Origin: Spirochaetia bacterium
Lineage (GTDB): Bacteria; Spirochaetota; Spirochaetia; WTKD01; G963693115
NCBI GenBank assembly: GCA_965226055.1
Contig: CBDDCA010000006.1
Location: forward strand, 736,001-800,000
Direction of reading: 5' to 3'
Length of the DNA stretch: 64,000 nt
The position numbers and the translations under genes are program-made. Shown here piece by piece: positions 21,863 through 30,764 of this stretch. A model generated the notes under the pieces. The model made no database searches and was not told the origin of the DNA. It was given only the letters and a program-made list of their open reading frames with translations. How positions within the stretch are numbered: the stretch's first letter is position 1; the number at the start of each line of letters is the position of its first letter.

Positions 21863-22993
21863 ATGTCTAGTGAATTAAAAAGAGTGCCATTATATAATTT
21901 TCATCTCCAACAATCAGCAAAGATGGGAGCGTTTGCAGGATACTCTATGCCGTTATCCTATGCTCATGGAGCTACACAAGAGCATATACATACAAGAACA
22001 CATGTTTCTTTGTTTGATGTGTCTCATATGGGGCAAATACATATTATTGGAGATGATGTAGGAGCATTTTTAGAGTATCTGTTACCAATTTCTGTTTCCT
22101 CTATGCCTATTGCAAGTTGTAAATACACTGTTATGCTTAACGAGCAAGGCGGCATTATAGATGATGTTATTCTTACAAAGAAGGATGCGTCTCGATATCA
22201 TATAGTGATGAATGCAGCATGCCGAGAAAAAGATACTGATCATATTAAAAAAATAGCACAGGACTTTGCAGTTTCTATTCTGTTAGAAGATAATGTATTA
22301 TTGGCAATTCAAGGGCCACAGTCAGAAGAAGTGCTGTCTTTGCTTACCAAAGAAGTGTCTCAGCTTACTTTTATGCAAGGGATGCCTCTTAGTTATGAAG
22401 GAAAAGAGTTATGGATAAACAGAAGTGGCTATACAGGAGAAGATGGTTTTGAATTATCTATTGCAAGTGATCATGCCCTCTCTCTTGTGAAGAAATTATA
22501 TGAGCATACTGAATTACAGTGTGCTGGTCTTGGAGCAAGAGATAGTCTTCGTTTAGAAGCAGGGCTTCCTTTGTATGGCACTGATATGACTGAAGATATA
22601 AATCCTATTGAAGCAAACCTAAAGTTTGCTATTGCTAAAAAACGCAGAGAACAGGGAGGATTTGTTGGAGCTTCTGCTATTATGCCATTTTTTATACATG
22701 ATGATAATCGTGTTCCATTACAAGTAAAACAGCTTCGTGTAGGGGTGCGTATAGAAGAAAGAACTCTTATACGGTCAGGGGCAGAAATTTTTTCTGATGA
22801 ACATAGTGAGCATCCAATAGGATGGGTAAGTTCGGGAGCAATAACACCAAGTGTTGATTATCCCATTTGTTTTGCATATGTGCCTGTAGCATACAGTACT
22901 GTAGGTACTACATTATGGACCCAAAGAAGAGATAAGCGATATAGATGTAGTGTTACTTCATCTCCTTTTGTTCCCCATAACTATAAGCGATAA
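21863..22993 (+). CDS. gcvT: Glycine cleavage system T protein
   Basis: LFDVSHMG, RSGYTGEDGFE and GLGARDSLRLEAGLPLYG motifs. Confidence 0.97.
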   Translation: MSSELKRVPLYNFHLQQSAKMGAFAGYSMPLSYAHGATQEHIHTRTHVSLFDVSHMGQIHIIGDDVGAFLEYLLPISVSSMPIASCKYTVMLNEQGGIIDDVILTKKDASRYHIVMNAACREKDTDHIKKIAQDFAVSILLEDNVLLAIQGPQSEEVLSLLTKEVSQLTFMQGMPLSYEGKELWINRSGYTGEDGFELSIASDHALSLVKKLYEHTELQCAGLGARDSLRLEAGLPLYGTDMTEDINPIEANLKFAIAKKRREQGGFVGASAIMPFFIHDDNRVPLQVKQLRVGVRIEERTLIRSGAEIFSDEHSEHPIGWVSSGAITPSVDYPICFAYVPVAYSTVGTTLWTQRRDKRYRCSVTSSPFVPHNYKR

Positions 22994-23059
22994 TATTGTA
23001 TTATAAAAATAAAAATAGTATATAGTAACTGTAAAGATGAAAGGAAAGTGAGGATAAAA

Positions 23060-23425
23060 ATGTATTTTACAAAAAATCATGAATGGGTGTTAATAGAGGG
23101 AACTGTTGCTACAGTAGGGATTACTTCTTATGCACAAGATAATTTAGGGGATGTTGTTTTTGTTGAATTGCCATCTATTGATAGTACAGTATCACAATCT
23201 GATGCAGTAGCAGTAGTAGAATCAGCAAAGTCTGTATCTGATGTGTATGCCCCTCTTAGTGGCACCATAGTTGAGATAAATGATACGGTGATTGAGGAGA
23301 CTTCTATTATAAATACAAGTCCCCAAAAGGATGGATGGCTCTTTAAGATTAACATTGATCAGTTGAATCAGCTCGATGAAATGATGAATGAAAGTGAATA
23401 TAATGAATATATACAGACATTATGA
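23060..23425 (+). CDS. gcvH: Glycine cleavage system H protein
   Basis: HEWV, GITSYAQDNLGDVVFV and lipoyl-lysine ESAKSVSD motifs; start may instead be GTG 23048. Confidence 0.96.
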   Translation: MYFTKNHEWVLIEGTVATVGITSYAQDNLGDVVFVELPSIDSTVSQSDAVAVVESAKSVSDVYAPLSGTIVEINDTVIEETSIINTSPQKDGWLFKINIDQLNQLDEMMNESEYNEYIQTL

Positions 23426-23472
23426 GAATATGGCGATGAGTATTCTTGTTGTTTGTTTCTTTGTAAATAACT

Positions 23473-26397
23473 ATGTCAGATAAAAAAAATACTTTTGTAG
23501 ATGTAGCAGAGGAAATATCTCATTCTTTTGCAGAAAGGCATATAGGGGTACACGGTGATGATCGTAAGCACATGCTTGCGGCATTAGGGGTAGATTCTAT
23601 TGAACAGTTAATAGATCAAGTGCTTCCTGATAGCTTAAAAGATGCTACGCAGTTTGATTTTCCAAAAGCTGTATCAGAATATGCAGCACTTCAAAAATTA
23701 AAAAATATAGCTCAGAAAAATGTTGTAGTGAAATCTCTTATTGGACAGGGATATTATGATACTATTACGCCTGCTCCGATACTCCGAAATATTTTAGAGA
23801 ATCCTGGATGGTATACAGCGTATACTTCATATCAGTCTGAGATATCACAAGGTCGGCTTGAAGCACTTTTTAATTTTCAAACAATGATAAGTGATTTCAC
23901 AGGGTTATCGGTTGCAAATGCTTCATTGTTAGATGAATCTACTGCTCTTGCAGAAGCGGTGTTACTTGCATGCAGATATTCTAAAAAAGAGCGGGTTGTT
24001 GTTATAGAAGGTTTGCATGAACAGAATATGCAATTACTCTATACTCGTTTAGATAAACTGAACATACCTATTGAAATTGTATCGTTACAGGAATATGAAC
24101 AAGATACATTTCATCTAGCAGCCGATACGGCTGCTGTAGTAATGCAGTTGCCTACTACTGAGGGATTGGTATATGACATTTCTTTGTGTGTACAAAAAGC
24201 AAAGAAGCAAGAGGTTCTTTGCATAGCATCAATTGATCCATTATTGATGACTATTCTTGGTACTCCTGCACAGTGGGGAATTGATATTGTAGTGGGTTCA
24301 ACACAGCGTTTTGGGGTACCAATGGGCTATGGGGGACCACATGCTGCATTTTTAGCATGTGATGAAAAGTTCAGACGTTTGGTTCCTGGACGGCTTGTAG
24401 GACAATCGAAAGATGCTAAGGGACGTGTTGCGTATAGGCTTGCATTGCAAACAAGAGAGCAGCATATTCGTAGAGAGAAAGCAACATCAAATATATGTAC
24501 CTCCCAAGTGTTACTTGCTGTTATGGCTTCCATGTATGCAGTATATCATGGAGGAAAAGGGCTGCAACATATTACAAAGTATATTCATACATTAGCATGG
24601 TTGTTTTGGAATGTAGCAAAAAGACAAAAAAATAGTAAGGTGCTTTATGATACTTTTTTTGATACTATAACATGGTCTGTTCAAGAGAGTGCCCTTGCAC
24701 AGACACAACAGAAAGCTGCGTTACAGGCAGGGTATAACATACGATGTATAAATAAGACGACACTTTCTGTCTCATTTGATGAAGTATGTACTCTTGAGGA
24801 TGTAAAAGTTCTTTCACAAAATATATTTGATCTTTCATCGGAAGATATGAATATATTTGATATACTTTTACAAAAAAATCTTGGATCGTCAGTACCTTTG
24901 TCATTGCCAGCTCATATGTATCGAAATACTTCTTTGTTAAGTCAACCTATATTTAATGCATATCATACTGAAACAGAACTTATGCGCTATATGCGCTTTC
25001 TTATGGATAAAGATTTGGCTCTTGATAGATCTATGATACCGCTTGGTTCGTGTACTATGAAGCTGAATGCTGTATCTGAGCTTATGCCAGTTTCATGGCA
25101 AGAATTTTCTCATATGCACCCGTATGTGCCGTTAGATCAAACTGTTGGGTATCAAAATCTTATTACTCAAACAGAAAGTATGCTATGTAGCATCACTGGA
25201 TTTGATGCAGTGTCATTGCAACCAAATGCAGGAAGTCAAGGGGAATACGCAGGATTGCTTGCAATTAGTGCATATCATAGGAGTAATGGTGATATGCAAC
25301 GAAATATTTGTTTGATACCATCTTCGGCTCATGGCACTAACCCTGCAAGTGCAATTATGGTGGGAATGAAAGTAGTGGTAGTGCAGTGTGATGAGCAAGG
25401 GAATATTGATATTCAAGATTTACAAGCGAAAGCAGAGAAATATTCTGAGGTATTAGCGGCTTTGATGGTGACATATCCTTCCACCCATGGAGTATATGAA
25501 GAAAATATAAAGCATATATGTGATATTGTGCATACACATGGTGGACAAATATATATTGATGGGGCTAATCTTAATGCGCTTGTTGGCATAGTAACACTGA
25601 CTTCTTTAGGGGCAGATGCTGCACATATGAATCTTCATAAAACATTTGCTATTCCGCATGGAGGAGGAGGTCCAGGCATAGGACCTGTGGGAGTAAAGAA
25701 GCATCTTGTTCCTTTTTTGCCTGCTAATATGCTTGTACAAAAAAAGCCATATTCTGTAGGACCAGTGTCAGCTGCTCCGTGGGGATCAGCTTCAATACTT
25801 CCTATATCATGGATGTATATGACAATGATGGGAAAGGAGGGGCTACAGGAAGCAACAAAGGTTGCAGTATTAAATGCTAATTATGTGGTAAAAAGGCTGT
25901 CTAAGTATTATACTATTTTGTATACAGGAAAACACGGGAGAGTTGCACATGAGTGTATACTTGATACACGGCCTTTTAAGGAGAGTGCAAATGTTATGTC
26001 TACTGATATTGCAAAAAGGCTTATAGATTATGGGTTTCATGCTCCTACTATGTCCTGGCCTGTACAGAATACGCTTATGATAGAGCCTACAGAAAGTGAA
26101 TCGAAAGCTGAGCTGGATAGATTTTGTGATGCAATGATTAGTATTCGTGAAGAAATTCGAAACATAGAAAATGCTGTGTGGGCAAGAGATGATAATCCCC
26201 TTGTATGTGCTCCTCATTGTGCAGAAGATATATGCAGTGATAGCTGGGATCACAGTTATACAAGGCAAGAAGCAGCGTACCCGATACCTTCGCTCTACAA
26301 TAATAAGTATTGGCCTCCGCTCTCACGAGTAGACGATGCTTTTGGAGATAAAAATCTTATTTGCTCATGCCCTCCTATTGATGAGTACGAAGCATAA
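23473..26397 (+). CDS. gcvP: Glycine dehydrogenase (single-chain P protein)
   Basis: YQSEISQGRLEAL, TREQHIRREKATSNICT, LGSCTMKLN and HMNLHKTF motifs. Confidence 0.98.
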   Translation: MSDKKNTFVDVAEEISHSFAERHIGVHGDDRKHMLAALGVDSIEQLIDQVLPDSLKDATQFDFPKAVSEYAALQKLKNIAQKNVVVKSLIGQGYYDTITPAPILRNILENPGWYTAYTSYQSEISQGRLEALFNFQTMISDFTGLSVANASLLDESTALAEAVLLACRYSKKERVVVIEGLHEQNMQLLYTRLDKLNIPIEIVSLQEYEQDTFHLAADTAAVVMQLPTTEGLVYDISLCVQKAKKQEVLCIASIDPLLMTILGTPAQWGIDIVVGSTQRFGVPMGYGGPHAAFLACDEKFRRLVPGRLVGQSKDAKGRVAYRLALQTREQHIRREKATSNICTSQVLLAVMASMYAVYHGGKGLQHITKYIHTLAWLFWNVAKRQKNSKVLYDTFFDTITWSVQESALAQTQQKAALQAGYNIRCINKTTLSVSFDEVCTLEDVKVLSQNIFDLSSEDMNIFDILLQKNLGSSVPLSLPAHMYRNTSLLSQPIFNAYHTETELMRYMRFLMDKDLALDRSMIPLGSCTMKLNAVSELMPVSWQEFSHMHPYVPLDQTVGYQNLITQTESMLCSITGFDAVSLQPNAGSQGEYAGLLAISAYHRSNGDMQRNICLIPSSAHGTNPASAIMVGMKVVVVQCDEQGNIDIQDLQAKAEKYSEVLAALMVTYPSTHGVYEENIKHICDIVHTHGGQIYIDGANLNALVGIVTLTSLGADAAHMNLHKTFAIPHGGGGPGIGPVGVKKHLVPFLPANMLVQKKPYSVGPVSAAPWGSASILPISWMYMTMMGKEGLQEATKVAVLNANYVVKRLSKYYTILYTGKHGRVAHECILDTRPFKESANVMSTDIAKRLIDYGFHAPTMSWPVQNTLMIEPTESESKAELDRFCDAMISIREEIRNIENAVWARDDNPLVCAPHCAEDICSDSWDHSYTRQEAAYPIPSLYNNKYWPPLSRVDDAFGDKNLICSCPPIDEYEA

Positions 26398-26533
26398 AAG
26401 AATACGGCAATGGATGAGGAAAGTAGAAATTTAGATGAGAGGCTTATATCGTTTTACCGTGATATATTGTCTGTATTTGAGCGATATAATATCAATGGTC
26501 ATATAGAGTGGGAAGAATAAAGAGCATCTTTAA

Positions 26534-26941
26534 TTACTCAAGCGGTGATAATTTTGTATCTTTATCTTTGTAAAACTCTTTTACTTTCTCATTTACCCAA
26601 TCACTGTGTGTCCAGTCATGTAATTTTTTGAGTGTGTACCCTACTACTGCCAAATCGTCAAGCCATCCAACAAAAGGTATTGCATCTGGTATTAAATCAA
26701 AAGGAAATACTACATACCCTAACGCTGCAATGCAAAAAATCTTGCTTGTACTGTCAATATCAGGATGTTTCATTACAAAGTATAGTCGTACAAACGGCTC
26801 ACTTACTTTTCTTGGGAGTTTTTTTACTAATTTTTCAAACTTCCCTTCATCATAGTATTTTTCATATTTTTCGTGATTTTTCTCAAAATGATCTGTATGT
26901 TCTTTTTTCTTCTCTTCTGTGTATTCTTCTTCTTTATCCAT
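26534..26941 (-). CDS. YkvA/DUF1232 family membrane protein
   Basis: AALGYVVFPFDLIPDAIPFVGWLDD motif; start at MDKEEE. Confidence 0.9.
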   Translation of the reverse strand: MDKEEEYTEEKKKEHTDHFEKNHEKYEKYYDEGKFEKLVKKLPRKVSEPFVRLYFVMKHPDIDSTSKIFCIAALGYVVFPFDLIPDAIPFVGWLDDLAVVGYTLKKLHDWTHSDWVNEKVKEFYKDKDTKLSPLE

Positions 26942-26947
26942 AATAGT

Positions 26948-26977
26948 ATTATACTGGATGAGCATATGTGTTGTCAA
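26948..26977 (-). promoter_or_regulatory. Sigma70 promoter (TTGACA-18-TATAAT) of the DUF1232 gene, leaderless geometry
   Basis: Perfect hexamers; the -10 box ends 6 nt before ATG 26941. Confidence 0.75.
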
Positions 26978-27011
26978 TGTTTTTTTACTTTTTGAATGAT
27001 ATTTTTGACAA

Positions 27012-27739
27012 GGGGCTGACCCATTTAATGAAAATTAGACTAACCCAGCCTCCTGTACCCAATTATACAACACTTTATACATGTTTGTGATTGGTCTATA
27101 ATTAAACCGAAATTCACATTCTTTGAGATACAGCTCAAAATGGTTTTTCGGTATTCCATTGTATCTTCTCAGATGCCTCTTTGATTGATTCCAAAAATTC
27201 TCTATTCCATTTATATGATTTTGCTTGTGTGCAAATTCCTTTGCATGATTTATGCGATAGTGTTGAAAGTCTGATACATCCAATATATTATAACTCGGAG
27301 AGGTATCTGTATAGATAATACTCTGAGGAGCTACTTTTTTCTTTATGATACTATAGAGTGTGCAAGTTGTTGTATTACTTACTGTTAGTGCATGCACCAT
27401 AGCTATTTCTTTTATATAATCCAAACACTATTGTTTTTCCTCCTGCTCCTCTGCCTCGCTTTCCTTTTTGTTTTCCTCCAAAATAACTTTCATCTATTTC
27501 TATTTCCCCTGAAAGTGCTATTTCATATTCACTGAGCTTTTCTCTTATAATACACCGTAATTTATGATACCACGATATACTTGTTTTTTTATTTATTCCT
27601 AGAAGCAATGCTGCACTTCTTGCTGGTGTTCCTGCTACATAATGTTCTATTATTCTTTTTACTATGATATGTGATAATCTTGTTTTTCTCATGCCTATTC
27701 TTTTAGAATAGCCTTTTTTCTCTTATCTGGGTCAGCCCC
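27012..27739 (-). mobile_element. IS1595-family (IS1016 group) insertion sequence, 728 bp
   Basis: Terminal inverted repeats GGGGCTGACCC (27012-27022 and 27729-27739); 8-bp direct repeat TTTGACAA on both flanks (27004-27011 and 27740-27747). Confidence 0.93.
27035..27692 (-). pseudogene. IS1016-like DDE transposase, frameshifted near 27401
   Basis: ORF1 has EIEIDESYFGG...GKRGRGAGGK; ORF2 has IIYTD, INHAKEF, HINGIENFW and LYLKECEFRFN; one extra base between KRNS and MVH. Confidence 0.88.
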
Positions 27740-27740
27740 T

Positions 27741-27768
27741 TTGACAATATGTGGAAAGTCTGTATAAT
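27741..27768 (+). promoter_or_regulatory. Sigma70 promoter (TTGACA-16-TATAAT) of the first array gene
   Basis: Perfect hexamers; the -35 box lies within the IS target duplication. Confidence 0.75.
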
Positions 27769-27841
27769 TAAATAGGGAGTACTGTTTACTAATTTGCTTA
27801 AATGTAATCAGCTTCTTGAATTAAATACAGAGGAGGGTTTT

Positions 27842-28390
27842 ATGAGTAAACCTAAAAAAGAGATGTTATTGTTGGCTGTGCCTCCTAATTGTGGTAAAAC
27901 ATTCACGATTAATTTGCTATATAATAAATTGAAGCAATTTAATGAAAAAGAACAAGATACTTCTAAATGGAAGTATGATAAACTAGCTCCAAAATCTAAA
28001 GAAGAGTTTCAAAACATAGAGGATAAAAAATATGAAAATCAAGATGAAGAGGGAGATATTCAAGAAACAGTAAAAATCAATGGCATAACTATTGGTTTTG
28101 CTAGTGCAAGTGATGATCCTGATCTGATTGATGCGAATATGGAGTTTTTTGAAGAAAAGAAATGTAATATTTGTATTACAGCTTGTTCTTGTGATGGAAT
28201 ATTAGGTAAAAGACAAGGAAAATATCCAACAGAGAGCATACAAAAAATATTAAAATTTGCACAAAAACATGAATACTGTATCTCACCATTTGATTTCATG
28301 GGTATGGATAAAGAGCATGATAATGATTATTGTAACAACGAAAAAGCAAGAATGATGTTTGATAGATTAAAATATCTTTTATCCGTGTAA
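27842..28390 (+). CDS. Small P-loop NTPase-like hypothetical protein, array copy 1
   Basis: GAGGAGG RBS then ATG; VPPNCGKT Walker-A-like motif, INGITIGFAS, CITACSC. Confidence 0.85.
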   Translation: MSKPKKEMLLLAVPPNCGKTFTINLLYNKLKQFNEKEQDTSKWKYDKLAPKSKEEFQNIEDKKYENQDEEGDIQETVKINGITIGFASASDDPDLIDANMEFFEEKKCNICITACSCDGILGKRQGKYPTESIQKILKFAQKHEYCISPFDFMGMDKEHDNDYCNNEKARMMFDRLKYLLSV

Positions 28391-28584
28391 AGTCTAATCA
28401 GTATCCGAGAACAGTAAAGGAAAAATAAAAAACTCCATTTTTGCAAAAATTCTGCACTATATTCTTATATCTTTGATACGGTAACACGAGACAGTGAAAG
28501 TACAGTATAATTAAATAGGAAGTATTGCTTACTAATTTGCTTAAATGTAATCAGCTTCTTGAATTAAATACAGAGGAGGGTTTT

Positions 28585-29127
28585 ATGAGTAACCCTAAAA
28601 AAGAGATGTTATTGTTGGCAGCGCGTGATAGAAGTGGGAAAACATTCACGATTAATTTGCTATATCATAAATGTATGCAATTTAAACAAGATATGTCCAT
28701 ATCAGATTATGATAAACTAGCTCCAAAATCTAAAGAAGAGTTTCAAAAAATAAAGAATGCAGAGTATAAAAATCAAGATGAAGATGGAGATATTCAAGAA
28801 ACAGTAGAAATTAATGGCATAACTATTGGTTTTGCTAGTAAAGGTGATTATCCTAATGATATTAAAAAGAATATTAAGTTTTTTAAAGAAAATGGATGTG
28901 ATATTTGTATTACAGCTTGTTCTTGCCTTGGAATAATAGGTAAAGGACGAGGAAGGAAAAAAGAGATGATACAAAAAATATGGGATTTTAAGGAAAAACA
29001 TAAATACTGTATCTCACAATTTGATTTCACAGGTGTGGAATATCATGATGATGAGTATTGTTACGACACTAACAACGAAAAAGCAAGAATGATGTTTGAT
29101 AGATTAAAATATCTTTTATCCGTGTAA
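28585..29127 (+). CDS. Small P-loop NTPase-like hypothetical protein, array copy 2
   Basis: Same RBS; ARDRSGKT motif; paralog of copy 1. Confidence 0.85.
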   Translation: MSNPKKEMLLLAARDRSGKTFTINLLYHKCMQFKQDMSISDYDKLAPKSKEEFQKIKNAEYKNQDEDGDIQETVEINGITIGFASKGDYPNDIKKNIKFFKENGCDICITACSCLGIIGKGRGRKKEMIQKIWDFKEKHKYCISQFDFTGVEYHDDEYCYDTNNEKARMMFDRLKYLLSV

Positions 29128-29321
29128 AGTCTAATCAGTATCCGAGAACAGTAAAGGAAAAATAAAAAACTCCATTTTTGCAAAAATTCTGCACTATATT
29201 CTTATATCTTTGATACGGTAACACGAGACAGTGAAAGTACAGTATAATTAAATAGGAAGTATTGTTTGCTAATTTGCTTAACTGTAATCAGCTTCTTGAA
29301 TTAAATACAGAGGAGGGTTTT

Positions 29322-29867
29322 ATGAGTAAACCTAAAAAAGAGATGTTATTGTTGGCTGTGCCTTCTAATTGTGGTAAAACATTCACGATTAATTTGCTAT
29401 ATAATAAATTGAAGCAATTTAATGAAAAAGAACAAGATACTTCTAAATGGAAGTATGATAAACTAGCTCCAAAATCTAAAGAAGAGTTTCAAAAAATAAA
29501 GGATGCAGAGTATGAAAATCAAGATGACTGGGGAGATATTCAAGAAACAGTAACAATCAATGGCATAACTATTGGTTTTGCTAGTGCAAGTGATGAACCT
29601 TATCTGATTGATGCGAATATGAAGTTTTTTGAAGAAAAGAAATGTGATATTTGTATTACAGCTTGTTCTTGCCTTGGAATATTAGGTACAGGACGAGGAA
29701 AGAAAAAAGAAATGATACAAAAAATAAGGGATTTTAAGGAAAAACATAAATACTGTATCTCACAATTTGATTTCATGGGTATGGATAAAGAGCATGATTT
29801 TGACTACTCTAACAACGAAAAAGCAAGAATGATGTTTGATAGATTAAAATATCTTTTATCCGTGTAA
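29322..29867 (+). CDS. Small P-loop NTPase-like hypothetical protein, array copy 3
   Basis: Same RBS; VPSNCGKT motif. Confidence 0.85.
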   Translation: MSKPKKEMLLLAVPSNCGKTFTINLLYNKLKQFNEKEQDTSKWKYDKLAPKSKEEFQKIKDAEYENQDDWGDIQETVTINGITIGFASASDEPYLIDANMKFFEEKKCDICITACSCLGILGTGRGKKKEMIQKIRDFKEKHKYCISQFDFMGMDKEHDFDYSNNEKARMMFDRLKYLLSV

Positions 29868-30060
29868 AGTCTAATCAGTATCCGAGAACAGTAAAGGAAA
29901 AATAAAAAACTCCATTTTTGCAAAAATTCTGCACTATATTCTTATATCTTTGATACGGTAACACGAGACAGTGAAAGTACAGTATAATTAAATAGGAAGT
30001 ATTGTTTGCTAATTTGCTTAAATGTAGTCAGCTTCTTGGATTAAATACAAATGAGGTTTT

Positions 30061-30573
30061 ATGGATAAATCTAAAAAAGAGATGTTGGTATTGGCTATGC
30101 CTCCTAAACATGGTAAAACATTCACGATTAAATTGTTATATGATAAATTAGAGCGATTTAATAGATCTGAAAAAGATATTTCTAACTTGAACTATGATAA
30201 TCTAAAACCAGAATACGGATCGGAAGAATTTCAAGAAATAAAGTATAAAAAACATGGTCGAAACAAAGAGATTCTAGAAGCAATAAAAATCAATGGCATA
30301 ACTATTGGTTTTGCTAGTGTAAGTGATACCTGGTATGAGATTAGAGATAATATGAAGTTTTTTGAAGAAAAGAAATGTAATATTTGTATTACAGCTTGTT
30401 CTTGTATGGGATTACTAAGAGATGGAAATAAACAAAAAATAATATTAGATTTTGTAAAAAAGCATAGATACGGTATTTCGATATTTAATTTTAGAGGTGT
30501 AGATGATTACTATCGTAACAACGAAAGAGCGAGAATAATGTTCGATAGATTAAAGTATCTTTTATCTGTGTAA
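30061..30573 (+). CDS. Small P-loop NTPase-like hypothetical protein, array copy 4 (most divergent)
   Basis: MPPKHGKT motif; shares INGITIGFAS, CITACSC and MFDRLKYLLSV. Confidence 0.85.
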   Translation: MDKSKKEMLVLAMPPKHGKTFTIKLLYDKLERFNRSEKDISNLNYDNLKPEYGSEEFQEIKYKKHGRNKEILEAIKINGITIGFASVSDTWYEIRDNMKFFEEKKCNICITACSCMGLLRDGNKQKIILDFVKKHRYGISIFNFRGVDDYYRNNERARIMFDRLKYLLSV

Positions 30574-30764
30574 ATTTTGATGAGAAAGCCAAACAGTAGA
30601 GGAAAAATAAAAAGCTCCATTATTGCAAAAATTTTGCAGTATATTCTTATATCTTTGATACGGCAACAAGATGGTAAAATTACAGTATAATTAAATAAGG
30701 GAGTATTGTTTATTAATTTGCTTAAATGTAATCAGCTTCTTGAGTAAATATAAAGGAAAGTTTT

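Noticed and set aside
27794-29321. N-terminal extensions (MLKCNQLLELNTEEGF) given by the ORF track for copies 1-3
   Set aside because: These TTG starts run through the GAGGAGG RBS. The ATG just after the RBS aligns with the starts of copies 4 and 5.
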